Shown: positions 35,201 through 45,579, counted from the stretch's first letter. The stretch: 64,000 nt of DNA from Ascoidea asiatica JCM 7603 (GCA_001600695.1 BCKQ01000002.1:537006-601005), one strand, 5' to 3'. Notes: generated by a model from the sequence alone, not told the origin. Numbers and translations are program-made.

Positions 35201-35478
35201 TTGAATATTGCACAAAAGCACCATCACCCCAATCATCATTTGCAGGAGCATGGTCCGCTAAAGAAGCCGTTTTCAAAGCTTTAGGAACTAAATCTTTAGG
35301 AGGTGGGGCCTCATTGAAAGACATTGAAATTGTTCATGATAAAGTTTCAGGTGCACCTATTGTTAATTTAACTGGTAATGCCGCTGAAGTTGCTGTTGAT
35401 TCTAACATAAAGAACTTCAAAGTTAGCATTAGTCATAATGATATTCAATCTGTTGCTGTTGCATTTGCCGAATTTTAA
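29293..35478 (+). CDS. FAS2: Fatty acid synthase alpha subunit with two tandem ACP domains (MPT fragment-ACP-ACP-KR-KS-PPT)
   Basis: MRPEVEQELAH..ELLAYQFASPV start, two GKSTVQNE motifs, KR VTGAGKGSIG, KS PVGACATA and PPT VGVDVE..WSAKEA..SISH. Confidence 0.97.
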   Translation: MRPEVEQELAHTLLIELLAYQFASPVKWIQTQKVLFEDKKISKFIEIGPSPTLVGMAKRTLKNYEPFDQALNINRELLSYANDQGAIYYTEAPSPKTSGSSSSSKAAASEVSAPIPAPVVQAAPVAVAPAPVSAPAAAVTDQPIKASVVLHVLVAHKLKKSLSDVPMGKTIKELVNGKSTVQNEILGDLGKEFGSTPEKPEETPLQELADGFQESYSGTLGKVSQTLISKLIASKMPGGFNLSTAKSYLQKKFGAPASIQDGILLMSTLSEPEKRLSSEADAHSFFDKAAQDYSSASGISLSSGAAAAAGPAMMMPAMAAASGPISIPDEKTKASLILKVIIASKLKKSIDEIPMTKTIKDLVNGKSTVQNEILGDLGKEFGSTPEKPEETPLQELADGFQESFDGSLGKVSQTLVSKFISSKMPGGFTASSAKSYFESKWGLGEGRQNAALLVACSMQPEKRFSAEADAHTFLDSVAQKYASVSGVNLSQGASAGGAVGGQMAGFDPAALDEITKDQKIMARQHLEVLARYLKIDLRKGDRKVLEEQELNKSLQAEIDLFNQELGDTFAAGIVPIFSSKKCRVYDSFWNWARQDVLSMYYDIIFGKLSNVDREIVSRCISVMNKASDELITFMQYHIRKAGKISESENNLELKYSLAYKLGTQLIENCKEVIGTEPVFKDVDYPTGPKTTITEKGDIQYEEVRRDNTRSLSQYVSNIALGGELTKIKEPTIRDDLVKVYQALVKQASLTKDTKLEVTKLYSELVQFIDQHEEIETKRSAASILATATSEDELSDDDTSEIASLKEKSTIKEPVSSSIPVETIPFLHIQKKTPTGDWLYDRGLTSVYLNTLENAAINGITFKEKFVLVTGAGKGSIGADIVKGLISGGAKVIVTTSRFNSSSTDFYKNLYIKHGSKESKLIVVPFNQASKQDVKELVEFIYSELKWDLDAIIPFAAIPENGVQTTTIDSKSELAHRIMLTNVYKIMGEVKFQKEKRGFKTRPAEVILPLSPNHGMFGSDGLYSESKISLEMLLNKWGSEDWSSYLTIVGAIIGWTRGTGLMSANNMVAEGIEKYGVRTFSQQEMAFNLLGLLSDEICNLAQEGPVRADLNGGFQFLTNLRELTANLRSDYQRTSEIRKAVSMESSIEHKVVYGANDAQSNTNKVELQPRANMQFEFPNLKSYKDIKKMSPHLGDLLDLESVIVVTGFAEVSPFGCSSTRWDMEANSGFSIESSIYMAYIMGLIKYQNTAKHAGWVDAKSGTPVEDKDIKSKYEKYILEHTGIRLIEPELFNGYDPKNKHLLQEVVVEHDMEPFLTSEETANAYKKEHQDNCEIFESDSGEYSVIIKKGAILYIPKSIHFNRLVAGQVPTGWDARRYGVPDDIVDQVDQVTLFNLVATVEALISSGVCDPYEFYKYIHVSEFGICSGSGMGGVNALRGMFRDRYKDMSVQNDILQESFINTMSAWVNMLLISSSGPIITPVGACATAVESVEIGCQVILNKKAKVCIVGGYDDFQEEGSFEFANMNATSNADEELASGRSPAEMSRPATTSRNGFMESQGSGIQIIMTAKLALEMGVPIYAIVGMTSTASDKIGRSVPAPGKGILTTAKEFHGSYKYPTPILDVKYRKRQLDKRIRNINNMLEEELLEVEDHADSMEMEKKDFNRNEFIKERVEEVKLQARKEIQNAKKYYSIDIFKNERVAPLRASLAMFGLTIDDLGVASFHGTSTKANDKNESETIDKMLKHLGRAKGNPVIGVFQKYLTGHPKGAAGAWMLNGAIQILNSGIVPGNRNADNVDIELMKYDHILYPSKTIKTDGIKAASVTSFGFGQKGAQAVVIHPDYIYSVIDEATYNDYIVKRAARQKRTYRFFHTALTRSSMFVAKAHAPYEDSLEQPVYLDPSIRVESKGEEFIYNGKSIQKSDLLRQVDETGKTLSAMTKGQKNVGVDVELISEINIENETFIERNFTKNEIEYCTKAPSPQSSFAGAWSAKEAVFKALGTKSLGGGASLKDIEIVHDKVSGAPIVNLTGNAAEVAVDSNIKNFKVSISHNDIQSVAVAFAEF
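29818..30500 (+). repeat. Intragenic direct repeat: 119-nt ACP cores at 29818-29936 and 30382-30500
   Basis: Offset 564 nt (188 codons); by eye only 2 synonymous mismatches (29874/30438 and 29925/30489). Confidence 0.92.
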
Positions 35479-35570
35479 ACTATTTGAATTTTATTTATTT
35501 TTTTTATTGAGTTAGATTTTATCTCAATTTTTCAAATTTATACATTTATACATTATATATAATCAATATT

Positions 35571-36155
35571 TCAAGAAAAAAATTTTGAGTAATTTTTTTT
35601 TTGATTCTCTTTTTGTTTCGAGATATTTTCTTCACAATTTTTCAAATCTTTTGAAATAAGCTGATCAGTTTTATCCAAATCAAAGGCTTGTTGTAAATTA
35701 ATTATACTTTCTTCATATCTTTTTAAATTCAATAAGTTTTTACCAAGTCTATAGTAAATTTTAGTTAAATCTTTTAAATTAAAAGTTTCACTAAAATCTT
35801 TATATTCACCTTTTAATTCAAGTAAATAATTGCAATATTTTATTGATTCAATGGAATTTCCTAATTTCATATTTATTAAAGAAATATTCAATAGAAGTTG
35901 TTTTTTTATCATTAAAAATTGAGTTATAAGAGTAGAAATATCGGCTGTAGCAGGCATTAATTCATTACAATATAATAAAGATTTCTTGAATTTTTTTAAA
36001 GAAATTTCTAATTCATTTTCTTTGAAGTATGAAACACCAATATTTTTAAGTATTGAAATTACTTTTAGTGATTCAACAAAATCATCTTTATTGAAATTGT
36101 TATCATTATCTGGAATCTCGGCATAAATATCCTGGAGGGTTTGACTTTCATTCAT
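35571..36155 (-). CDS. CPR7: TPR-only cyclophilin-40-like Hsp90 co-chaperone (Cpr7 without PPIase domain)
   Basis: DIYAEIPDND..F.KDDF..SL..LK.IG..FK..KFKKSL.YCNELMP resembles the Cpr7 linker and TPR1; KIYYRLG; ends KKNYSKFFS. Confidence 0.78.
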   Translation of the reverse strand: MNESQTLQDIYAEIPDNDNNFNKDDFVESLKVISILKNIGVSYFKENELEISLKKFKKSLLYCNELMPATADISTLITQFLMIKKQLLLNISLINMKLGNSIESIKYCNYLLELKGEYKDFSETFNLKDLTKIYYRLGKNLLNLKRYEESIINLQQAFDLDKTDQLISKDLKNCEENISKQKENQKKNYSKFFS

Positions 36156-36337
36156 TTTTTTTTTTGAAATATTTTTATTTTCAGATCAATAACTTTTTAT
36201 TTCCATTTATTAACTTCTTATCCGAATAAATTGAAAAAAATTTGATTAAATAATTGTATTTTATTCTTTGAAAAATCATTAAATTTGATAAAGTTTAGTA
36301 TAGAATCCATAATTGTGGGTGTAAAATGTAAGCAAGG

Positions 36338-36345
36338 CCGGGTAA
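36338..36345 (+). promoter_or_regulatory. Reb1-type site (CCGGGTAA) in CPR7/SRP54 divergent promoter
   Basis: Exact Reb1 consensus in the middle of a 424-nt divergent intergenic region. Confidence 0.55.
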
Positions 36346-36579
36346 TATTCTCAGCAGGCTGCCGTTAAAATATATCATTGTGGGTGATAATAGATTGATT
36401 GATTTGAACTTGGTGGTCAGGAATAAAGTAAACTAGTGGTAATAAGGAAAAAGAAGAGAATAAAAACTAAAAACTGTATTCTGGATTAATATACTCTTCT
36501 GAAATATATTTATTATCATTTTAGCATTTTTGGTTTTGAGTATTACAATAGTTAAGTGATAAGTAAAAAGGTTGTGAAA

Positions 36580-38184
36580 ATGGTGTTAGCTGATTTAGGA
36601 AGAAGAATAAATGCTGCAGTTTCACAGGTTACTTCTTCAAGTAAAAGTGTTGAAGAAGCCGATCTTGATTTAATGTTAAAGGAGATATCTAATGCATTAT
36701 TGGAAAGTGATGTTAGCATTAAATTAGTTCTTAATTTACGTAATTCTATAAAAAAGAAAATCATAAATGATAAAACTCCTGGTTTAAATAGAAAAAAATT
36801 AGTTCAAAAAACTGTTTTTGATGAGTTATGTGCATTAGTTGATTGTGAAGCACAACCTTATAAACCTAAGAAACATCAATCTAATGTGATTATGTTTGTT
36901 GGTTTACAAGGTGCTGGTAAAACAACAACATGTACTAAATTAGCTGTATATTATCAAAGAAGAGGTTTTAAAGTTGGTATGGTTTGTGCAGATACATTTA
37001 GAGCAGGTGCGTTTGATCAATTGAAACAAAATGCAACAAAGGCAAGAATTCCATTTTATGGTTCATATACTGAAACCGATCCAGTTTTAGTTGCAAGAAA
37101 AGGTGTAGAAAGTTTTAAAAAAGAAAAATTTGAGATTATAATTGTAGATACATCTGGTAGACATCGTCAAGAAAAAGAGTTATTCAAAGAAATGGTGCAG
37201 ATTGGTAATGCAGTTAAACCAAATCAGACAGTTATGGTTCTTGATGGATCGATAGGTCAAGCAGCTCAACAACAGGCTTTAGCATTCAAAGAAGCTTCAA
37301 ATTTCGGTGCAATTATATTAACAAAAATGGATGGTGAAGCTAAAGGTGGTGGAGCTATATCAGCAGTAGCAGCTACTAAAATGCCAATAATATTTATTGG
37401 TGTCGGTGAACACACACAAGATTTTGAAACATTTTCTCCAAGACAATTTATATCAAAATTATTGGGAATTGGAGATATTCAAGGATTAATGGAACATGTT
37501 AAATCACTAAATTTAGATCAAAAAGATACAATAAAAAATTTTCAAGAAGGAAAATTCACGTTAAATGATTTTCAAACTCAAATGAATAATATTTTAAAAA
37601 TGGGACCATTAGCACAGATAGCTAATATGATTCCAGGTATGGGAGATATGATGAATCAAGTTGGAGAAGAAGAAGCATCAAAAAGATTAAAAAGAATGGT
37701 TTATATAATGGATTCTATGACTAAAAAAGAACTAGATTCAGATGGTAAAATTTTTATAGAAGAACCTTCAAGAATAATACGTGTTGCAAGAGGATCAGGT
37801 ACAACTGTTACTGAAGTTGAAATGGTTTTATTTCAACAAAGAATGATGTCTACAATGGCAGCAACAAATATGAATATGATGGGTGGACAAAAAGGTAGAG
37901 GAGGTATGCCAGGTATGCCTGGCATGAGAGGAGGTGCAACACCATCACCTCAAAATATCCAAAGAGCAATGCAACAATTACAAAATAATCCAGGAGTAAT
38001 GAATAATATGATGAAAATGTTTGGCGGGGGAGCTCCAGGTGGTGGAATGCCTAATATGTCAGAAATGATGAAATCTATGGGATCAATGGGAGGACGTGGA
38101 ATGCCAAATCCTAGTGAAATGATGGGTATGATGCAAAACCCACAAATGCAACAAATGATGAAGCAATTTGGTATGGGCATGTAA
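36580..38184 (+). CDS. SRP54: Signal recognition particle 54 kDa GTPase
   Basis: The true start is MVLADLG at ATG 36580. [20 protein letters not shown] and a Met/Gly-rich M-domain tail. Confidence 0.97.
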   Translation: MVLADLGRRINAAVSQVTSSSKSVEEADLDLMLKEISNALLESDVSIKLVLNLRNSIKKKIINDKTPGLNRKKLVQKTVFDELCALVDCEAQPYKPKKHQSNVIMFVGLQGAGKTTTCTKLAVYYQRRGFKVGMVCADTFRAGAFDQLKQNATKARIPFYGSYTETDPVLVARKGVESFKKEKFEIIIVDTSGRHRQEKELFKEMVQIGNAVKPNQTVMVLDGSIGQAAQQQALAFKEASNFGAIILTKMDGEAKGGGAISAVAATKMPIIFIGVGEHTQDFETFSPRQFISKLLGIGDIQGLMEHVKSLNLDQKDTIKNFQEGKFTLNDFQTQMNNILKMGPLAQIANMIPGMGDMMNQVGEEEASKRLKRMVYIMDSMTKKELDSDGKIFIEEPSRIIRVARGSGTTVTEVEMVLFQQRMMSTMAATNMNMMGGQKGRGGMPGMPGMRGGATPSPQNIQRAMQQLQNNPGVMNNMMKMFGGGAPGGGMPNMSEMMKSMGSMGGRGMPNPSEMMGMMQNPQMQQMMKQFGMGM

Positions 38185-38911
38185 TTTATCTTATAAACTT
38201 TTATATATTTCTATAATTCTCTTTTTGTATATTTTACCGCTCATTTTCTTTTAGTCCTTCGTATTGTGTAAAGATTCAATAATCTTTCTAAGATATTTCA
38301 AGATATTGTAGTTTCAATTCATCAAAACTTATCTATTTCTCTGACTTTTGATAAGCACCTATTTTGAAGTCCCCTTGTTTCAAGTTTTAAATGTTTCTAT
38401 CTTTGACTGTTTTAACATTGCAACCGATTTTCAAATTACTCTAGAAAAGACAAAGAATAGAACTGCAGTAAATCAGAGAAAGATAAGCAGCAACTCCAGC
38501 AGCAACTTCAACAACACCAGCACCACCAGCGGACTCGCACCCCACGGCCAGGCTCCGACTGCAGACATTCGACTGAGATCCTCACCGTTGTTCTCTCTGC
38601 CCAACTCTGGCTTGCCCTGAGATTAACTATGGTAGTTCTCTACCTAGTTTAGTACTGTGCCGACACATTTAAGCTAAGCTAAGCACAGCACTCAGTATGT
38701 TTGGTGTACCAAGGCTATTGATTATCATAATAGCTAATAGCTAATTTTACAGTTATCGTTAGATCTATAATTTTCAGTAAGCAAAACCACCAGAAGATAA
38801 TTAATTGATATATATATATATAAGTTAATTACTACAGCTTTCAATTCTTATTTATTTTATTGTATATTTGAAAACATTTCAATTCATTTTGCTTTATTTG
38901 CTTTCTGCGTA

Positions 38912-41587
38912 ATGAACAACGGTTCCTTCGATTGGCTAGCTTTCTCTGGTCTTAAACCAGATAAAGAACAATCTAATCAAAATGATCCAATTCAAAATAA
39001 TCTATTTCAAAATAATTCAAACCAGAATAATTTAAATCAAAACCATTTATTCCAAAATAGTTTCAATCAAAATACTTCCAATCAAATTACTCCCAATCAA
39101 AATAGATTTATTCAAAATAACAATAGAAGTGTATCGGTAGATGATTTTAGTAAAACTTTTCAATCTTTATCTCTTTCTTCAAACAATAATTTATCTAAAT
39201 CAACTAATAGAAAACTTTCTTCAACCGAATCAAATAGCAATTCATTTTTAACAACTCAATACTCAAATTATGATTTTTCTAATAATTCTTTAAAAAAATC
39301 ATTAATTACAAATGATAATATACCTTTATCTTTAAGTGCAGAACAATTAACACTTGAGGAATCTAAAACTTATTTACGTTGGTATAATAATATAATAATA
39401 AATAGAAATGCAAAGTTATTAAGTTTTAAAGATATTTTTGATTTCTTTAAAAATTTTAATTTTACTGATAAAGCAAATCATTTAAAAATACTAAAAATAT
39501 TCAATTCTTCCTTATCTAAAACTATAAATATCGGTGAATTTTTTGCTGTAATTAGATTAATTGCTCATATTGTCTATAATGAATTTAAACCTGATAATTC
39601 TTTCAAAATTTCAAGAGAGTTAATAATTAAACCTGTTCCAATACCAAAGCCAAAATCTATATTATCAAAATCTAAAAAAAATCAAAAAGATTCTTCTCAA
39701 AATTCTAATAATGATATTTTTAGTTCAAAAGAAAATCCAAAATTAGATTTAAGTAGTTTTGCAGAATTCATGTTAACTGGTGAAAGACCAATGTCAAATG
39801 GAAATTCAAAAAAAAAAAAATCTGTCAAATTTTCTGAAAAATTGGTAACTGCAATGGGTAGTTCTTCTTCAATAGAAGCTAGTTACGATAATTCTTCTGC
39901 AATTGATGATGATTCAAAACTAGACTTATCTTTACCTATGAACCAATTATTAGAAAAAATAAAAGCTGGTCACAAAGAACATATAACTCATTCTCAACAA
40001 CAGCAACAACAACAACAACAACAAAATAGTCAAATTCAATTTCAACAACAACAACAACAACCATTTCAAAATAAAGCTGATCAGCCTGAAGAGCTAAAGG
40101 ATATGAAAGATTCTTTCAATCATTTTCAAAATGTAAAAATTGAAAGTGCTTTAATTCATGGTATATCTGCTCCAATTCCACAGAATATGATACCTAATAA
40201 TCAACAATTATCTTATGATTTCAATACAACAAAATCTCCTTCACCTCAACCACAAACTTATAATTCCATGGAGACTTTAAAACCTACAATGACTGGCTCT
40301 GCAAATGCTTTTTTAAAACATAGTATTAGTAATCCTGATTTAGCTTCTCAAAATCAATCTAACAATACACAATTACTAAAGCCGACAATGACTGGTTCTG
40401 CGAATGCTTTTTTGAAACATAGTGGTCCTTCTTTTTTTAATCAATCTCAAATTGCTCCAATTTCTTCAATTCCTCAAATTTCTCCTAGTTCTTCTCTAAT
40501 GGATTTTTCAAATATTTTCCAAACTCAACCACAAATCAATTCAACACAACTAAATCAACAATCTCAAATTCGAGTTCAACAAGCTCAATTTCAACCTCAA
40601 ATGCAAACTTCAATACTGAATCAGCCTCAAAAAGTACAAGAATCAAATCCTCAAATTCAACTACAATCTTTTCCTAATAATCCTTTTCCCTCAATTGATG
40701 GTGTTACTTCTCAATTAAATATTCCTCCTGTCCCGCCTCCTAGAAGAAGTCGTTCAACTTCTTCACCTATCCCTATTATAAATCTAGAACCTTCTAATAC
40801 AAATATTAAAAATAATCAATTATATAATAATACAAATTTTCCAAGAGTAGGCTCTCCTCTTGCCAATGGTTTTTATGAACAATCAATAACTCAACCTTCT
40901 TTTTCTAATAATTTAGGAATTCCTTATCAAAATCCTAGAAAATCATTATCTAATTCCGATTTAAATTCAACTTCCAATAATAACACTAACTCTTCAAATT
41001 TTAATCATAATTTATCTGATTCTAATATTAATAGTTTCACAAATTCTTCTTTATCAAATTTTCCACCTCCTCCAGTATCAAATGGAAGAAAAAATTCTCT
41101 TTTCAATAATCCCGAAGCTCCACCATCATTACCTCCAAAAATAATGGAACTAAATTCATTCGCATCTCCTGGAGTAAATACTAATTTTCAGCAACATAAT
41201 CCAATTAAAAATGGAAACTTTCCAAATAATCAGTTTGCTACTTCTTCTAACATTATTAATAATGTTCCATTAAATCCTTATATTAATAACCAACAGAGCA
41301 TTTCTGCATTTCCAAATCAGTCTAATTCACTTTATAACATGAATGAATTTAACCAGAGTAATAATATGCAATCAATGAATCCTATGCAAATGGGAAATGT
41401 CAATCAATTCAATTCTTCTAACACTTTTTTAGCGCAGGCTCAAAATAATTCAGGAAATAATTATGTTTCTCAACTATTCAATGGCTCTTCTGTAAACAAT
41501 CAACAGACTAACCAACCTATTGATTTGAAAACATTTGAAAGTAACTTTCTACCTACTAATTCATCTAATCGTGGTGGCTTTTTTTGA
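38912..41587 (+). CDS. SCD5: Scd5-like PP1-targeting endocytic/actin protein
   Basis: N-terminal SFDWL, EH-like region (LTLEESKTYLRWY..IGEFFAVIRL), RVxF-type motif KSVKF, and two LKPTMTGSANAFLKHS repeats (40277-40324, 40376-40423) carrying Ark1/Prk1 LxxTxTG sites. Confidence 0.88.
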   Translation: MNNGSFDWLAFSGLKPDKEQSNQNDPIQNNLFQNNSNQNNLNQNHLFQNSFNQNTSNQITPNQNRFIQNNNRSVSVDDFSKTFQSLSLSSNNNLSKSTNRKLSSTESNSNSFLTTQYSNYDFSNNSLKKSLITNDNIPLSLSAEQLTLEESKTYLRWYNNIIINRNAKLLSFKDIFDFFKNFNFTDKANHLKILKIFNSSLSKTINIGEFFAVIRLIAHIVYNEFKPDNSFKISRELIIKPVPIPKPKSILSKSKKNQKDSSQNSNNDIFSSKENPKLDLSSFAEFMLTGERPMSNGNSKKKKSVKFSEKLVTAMGSSSSIEASYDNSSAIDDDSKLDLSLPMNQLLEKIKAGHKEHITHSQQQQQQQQQQNSQIQFQQQQQQPFQNKADQPEELKDMKDSFNHFQNVKIESALIHGISAPIPQNMIPNNQQLSYDFNTTKSPSPQPQTYNSMETLKPTMTGSANAFLKHSISNPDLASQNQSNNTQLLKPTMTGSANAFLKHSGPSFFNQSQIAPISSIPQISPSSSLMDFSNIFQTQPQINSTQLNQQSQIRVQQAQFQPQMQTSILNQPQKVQESNPQIQLQSFPNNPFPSIDGVTSQLNIPPVPPPRRSRSTSSPIPIINLEPSNTNIKNNQLYNNTNFPRVGSPLANGFYEQSITQPSFSNNLGIPYQNPRKSLSNSDLNSTSNNNTNSSNFNHNLSDSNINSFTNSSLSNFPPPPVSNGRKNSLFNNPEAPPSLPPKIMELNSFASPGVNTNFQQHNPIKNGNFPNNQFATSSNIINNVPLNPYINNQQSISAFPNQSNSLYNMNEFNQSNNMQSMNPMQMGNVNQFNSSNTFLAQAQNNSGNNYVSQLFNGSSVNNQQTNQPIDLKTFESNFLPTNSSNRGGFF

Positions 41588-41876
41588 TATAAAATATTAT
41601 TTATTTCATCTCTTTTTAATTTCACCGTACATAATTTACAGTCTCGCTTTTATTCTTTTATATAGAAGAAAACATAAAATTATCATGATTCTTTTGCATA
41701 AACATTAAATTTCCGTAAATTCTTTTATGAATTGCTTTGAACAATTAATGCCAGAAAATCTTGAGAATTTTAGAAAAAATTTGAAATTTTTTTTTTACTT
41801 TTCTAAGAAGAATTTATTAAACTTGTAATTACATACGATTTGAAAACAGAAAAATAACATCAAAAACATTTGAAAC

Positions 41877-42763
41877 TCAAGCTTCCATATCTTCATCACC
41901 TTCCTCATCTTCTTCATCATCATCGTCACTTTCTTCTTCTGCAAGTTTTTTGACTTCTTGAAGAAGATCATCTGGAATGTATTGATGATAACCATTAGTT
42001 TCAGAAGTACTGACCCAGCTAATTTCAAGTTCGAAATCTTTATCCTTCTGATCCTCATGAGCCAAATATATAATTCTTGCAGCTTCCTTGACAGCTTCTC
42101 TACAAGAGATGTTTGGTAAGTCTAGTTTTTCTAACTCAGATTTGGCAATTTGTCTTCCTTTTCCTGCAGCGGCACCTAAGTATCCCCAATAAACACCCGA
42201 TGGTTCAAGCATATAAAGATGTGATCCTTCTTCATCAACTCCTCCTATAATTGCCATAACTCCAAAAGGTCTCACTGAATTATAACATGTATGAGCTTGG
42301 ATATAATTACCAAGTCTGTCAGCAAGATAAGAAATAGGAATTGGAGATTTATAGAAAGATCTATAATTTTTGGCTTCTTCACGTCCTCTATTTGCCAAAT
42401 GACGAGAGTCTGGTAAAAGTCCTGAAGAAACAATACCTGCATGTCTATCTACAGAAAGGATCTTATGATTCTTTCCAGGAACTAATAATTTGGAACTTAT
42501 TATTTTCTCATATGCAAATACAACACCATCATTACATTTTATACCAATTGACGTACCAGCATTTTCCACTGCTTTACCAGCATACTCAACTTGAAAATTT
42601 CTTCCATCAGGAGAAAAAACACTATTTGAAAGATCATATCCTGTTCCAATTGAAGTCTATAATATAAAAATTCAGGTGGCAATAATGTTAGAAATTGTTC
42701 CAATTAACTCTGAATGAAGATGAAAAGTGGGGTTTGAAGCCAAAAAAAAAGATTTCTTACCAT
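41877..42763 (-). CDS. PRE10: 20S proteasome alpha-7 subunit; exon 1 = ATG only (42761-42763), intron 42657-42760, exon 2 41877-42656
   Basis: ATG|GTAAGA...TTCTAAC...TAG|ACT TCA ATT GGA restores MTSIGTGYDLSNSVFSPDGRNFQVEYA; acidic C-terminal tail. Confidence 0.95.
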
Positions 42764-43078
42764 TGTTGATTGAATTTATAATTTTTTAGTTTAATTTATT
42801 TCTTGGATAATAATTCAAGAAAAAAAATGTATTTGATATAATTCAAGCAAATAGCTTAAAGATGTTCAAAGATTAAGATTTCACCACCTAATAACAATAT
42901 CGGATTGTCAGATTGCCTGAAATTAAGAGACTCCGCAGGGTAATGGTTTTTTACTTTTATTTTTTGCTTCAACTCTATTTTTTTGATCGATTTGATTGAA
43001 GTATCTCTGTTGTGAGAATGAATTCAATCGAAATTTTATTCAAATAATGTTTGAATATATCCAAAAGCTCAAAGTGAT

Positions 43079-45061
43079 ATGTCACAAGATTCAATAAGAG
43101 TAGTTTTATGTGGTGATGATGGAGTCGGAAAATCAAGTTTAATTGTATCTCTAGTCAAAGAGGTTTTTTTGCCCAATATCCAAAATGTACTACCTATAGT
43201 ATCTATTCCTAGGGACTTTTCCTATTCTCCTTTTACTCCAAATTCAACTTTATTAATTGATACCTCTTCCCAGGATTTGAAAAAATTACATCAAGAAATA
43301 AGAGATGCAGATGTTATTTGGTTAGTTTATTCGGATCATTATACTTATGAGAGAATATCTTTATATTGGATGCAAATGTTTAGATCTATGGGCGTGAATT
43401 TGCCTGTTGTTTTATGTTCAAATAAATCAGATTCAACTATAAAAAATGAAGGACTTGACGTACTGAATAATAACAATATAATAAATGATGAGTTTATACC
43501 TTTGTTGCAGGAATTTAAAGAGATAGAGTCTTGCATAAGGTGCAGTGCAAAAGATAATTACAATGTTAATCAAGCATTTTATCTTTGTCAGAGAGCTGTA
43601 ACCCATCCAGTTGCTCCTTTATATGATACAAAAGAAATGAGTTTAAAACCGTTAGCAATTAGTGCTCTAAAAAGGATTTTTTTCTTGTGTGATAAAGATC
43701 AAGACGGTTGTTTGAATGATAGTGAATTTTTAAGACTCCAGAAGAAATGCTTTCATAAAAATATTGACTTGAACGAGTTGAACAATATAAAAAACGGAGT
43801 GAATAAAGCTGTCAGAATCAAAAATGAAGATAAGCATAAAAGTAATTTAAGCAATAGTTCTTATGAAGCTGTCAGTGATATAAGTTATCAAGATGATCAA
43901 AGTTTATCTTCGTTTTCTAATACAAAATCTGGATATGGACTGTCAGGATTAACTGAAGAAGGATTTTTAACATTAAATAGGCTTTATGCAGATCAGGGTA
44001 GACACGAGACTATCTGGGGAGTTTTAAGAAAGTTTCATTACACTAATTCATTATCTTTAAGTGACAAATATTTATATCCAAAAGTAGATGTCCCTTTAAA
44101 TTCTTCTGTTGAGCTTTCTCCAATAGGATATCGATTTTTTGTTGATTTATTCATTTTGTTTGATAAAGATAACGACGGTGGATTGAATGAACATGAATTG
44201 GAAGCCTTATTCACCCCTACTCCAGGAATTCCAAAAATCTGGCAGGACTCTAATTTTCCAGATACAACAGTTCGAAATGAGCAAGGTGATGTTACTCTTC
44301 AGGGTTGGCTTGCTCAATGGTCAATGACAACTTTTTTAGACTATAAAACCACATTAGCATATCTAGGATATCTAGGGTTTGAAGATGTCAATGATAATCA
44401 GACCGAAAGCAGAGGTAGTAATTATTTGATATCTACATCAAGCATAAGAAATAAAAAAAAAATTCTGACCGAAACTGCTTTAAAAGTAACGAAACCCAGA
44501 AAGTCAAGACTTAGAAATAATGTAAGATTTAGGACATTAACAAGTGATAGAACTGTATTTAATTGCTTCATTTTAGGATCAAGTGGGTCAGGTAAATCTT
44601 CTTTATTAGAAGCATTTTTAGGAAGAACATTTAGTGACTTGTATTCACCAACAATTCAGCCTAGAATGGTCGTTAATAGTGTTGAACTTAGAGGAGGTAA
44701 ACAATGTTATTTAATTTTAGAAGAATTAGGAGAACTTGAGCCAGCAATTCTTGAAAATCAAACAAGGCTTGACCAATGTGATGTATTATGTTTAACATAT
44801 GACTCTTCTGATCCTGACTCGTTTTCATATTTAGTTGAGTTAAAGAAAAAATATTCTACTTTGGAAAAGATTCCAGCTGTTTTTGTGGCATTAAAAGCTG
44901 ATTTGGATAAACAACAGCAAAGATGTGAATATCAACCAGATCAATACACCAGAGAAGTTCTTCAAATGAAAACTGTTCCTTTACATATTTCAGGATATTG
45001 GGCAGACTCTCTTAATGAATTGTTTACCCAACTAGTAGAAGCTGCCCAAGATGGTATTTAA
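43079..45061 (+). CDS. GEM1: Mitochondrial Rho (Miro) GTPase, apparently lacking the C-terminal transmembrane anchor
   Basis: GTPase 1 [11 protein letters not shown]-hands [12 protein letters not shown] and [12 protein letters not shown], GTPase 2 GSSGSGKSS and KADLD; the ORF stops at EAAQDGI*. Confidence 0.93.
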   Translation: MSQDSIRVVLCGDDGVGKSSLIVSLVKEVFLPNIQNVLPIVSIPRDFSYSPFTPNSTLLIDTSSQDLKKLHQEIRDADVIWLVYSDHYTYERISLYWMQMFRSMGVNLPVVLCSNKSDSTIKNEGLDVLNNNNIINDEFIPLLQEFKEIESCIRCSAKDNYNVNQAFYLCQRAVTHPVAPLYDTKEMSLKPLAISALKRIFFLCDKDQDGCLNDSEFLRLQKKCFHKNIDLNELNNIKNGVNKAVRIKNEDKHKSNLSNSSYEAVSDISYQDDQSLSSFSNTKSGYGLSGLTEEGFLTLNRLYADQGRHETIWGVLRKFHYTNSLSLSDKYLYPKVDVPLNSSVELSPIGYRFFVDLFILFDKDNDGGLNEHELEALFTPTPGIPKIWQDSNFPDTTVRNEQGDVTLQGWLAQWSMTTFLDYKTTLAYLGYLGFEDVNDNQTESRGSNYLISTSSIRNKKKILTETALKVTKPRKSRLRNNVRFRTLTSDRTVFNCFILGSSGSGKSSLLEAFLGRTFSDLYSPTIQPRMVVNSVELRGGKQCYLILEELGELEPAILENQTRLDQCDVLCLTYDSSDPDSFSYLVELKKKYSTLEKIPAVFVALKADLDKQQQRCEYQPDQYTREVLQMKTVPLHISGYWADSLNELFTQLVEAAQDGI

Positions 45062-45382
45062 TTCTTGTATATAAATCATACTTTATAAATATCTAATAAA
45101 AATCAGATTAAGCTATAAGCATACAAGAATAAGAATAGCCACTAAATTTATATTGTTTTTCAATAAAAAATCTATTTTCTAAGGAAAAATCCTACAATTA
45201 AAGGATTAGCCCAAGATTTAATTACAGAATGCTTTCAAAGAAAATTAATTTTTAAAGATATTTATTAAAGCTATAAAAAAAATTTAAACGGTTTCAAAAG
45301 AAAGACAAAAAAAAAAATAGAAGAAAAAAAAATAAAGTTAGTTTAAAAGCAAAGTTCCAAACCTTTTTTTGAAAGAACAATC

Positions 45383-45579
45383 CTGATAAAAATGTTAGTA
45401 AATTTAAATCTCTTAATTTCGATTTCTCTTGAAATTCTTTCATTATTTATTTGGTTTTCAGAATAAAATTTCTCGACACAATATTTAAGACAGGGATAAC
45501 TGTAATATATATAAAAATATTTTCTCATCATTTAAACAAAACATTAACATGTTAACGAAAGCTAAATAAATAAACATAC
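45383..45579 (-). other. Spliceosomal intron hosting the snoRNA in a putative non-coding transcript
   Basis: GTATGT donor at 45579, TACTAAC branch at 45400-45394 and CAG acceptor ending at 45383. The flanking exons show no meaningful ORF. Confidence 0.75.
45455..45535 (-). ncRNA. SNR38: Box C/D snoRNA, snR38 ortholog (guide for 25S Gm2815-equivalent)
   Basis: C box ATGATGA (45531-45525). A 13-nt guide CAGTTATCCCTGT (45502-45490) is complementary to the conserved 25S PTC sequence ACAGGGATAACTG and is followed directly by D' CTTA. D box CTGA (45461-45458). The +5 rule gives the middle G of AGGGAUAAC. Confidence 0.85.

Noticed and set aside
17700-35478. DES1-IDI1-FAS2 as a lipid or secondary-metabolite gene cluster
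   Set aside because: Interrupted by SIN3 and URA3; no FAS1, tailoring enzyme, transporter or cluster regulator; all are primary-metabolism genes.
38348-38720. GC-rich patch after SRP54 as SRP RNA, RNase MRP or a 90-aa ORF
   Set aside because: Lacks the SRP helix-8 motif and a P4 partner for GAAGTCCCC; the ORF has a non-ATG start.
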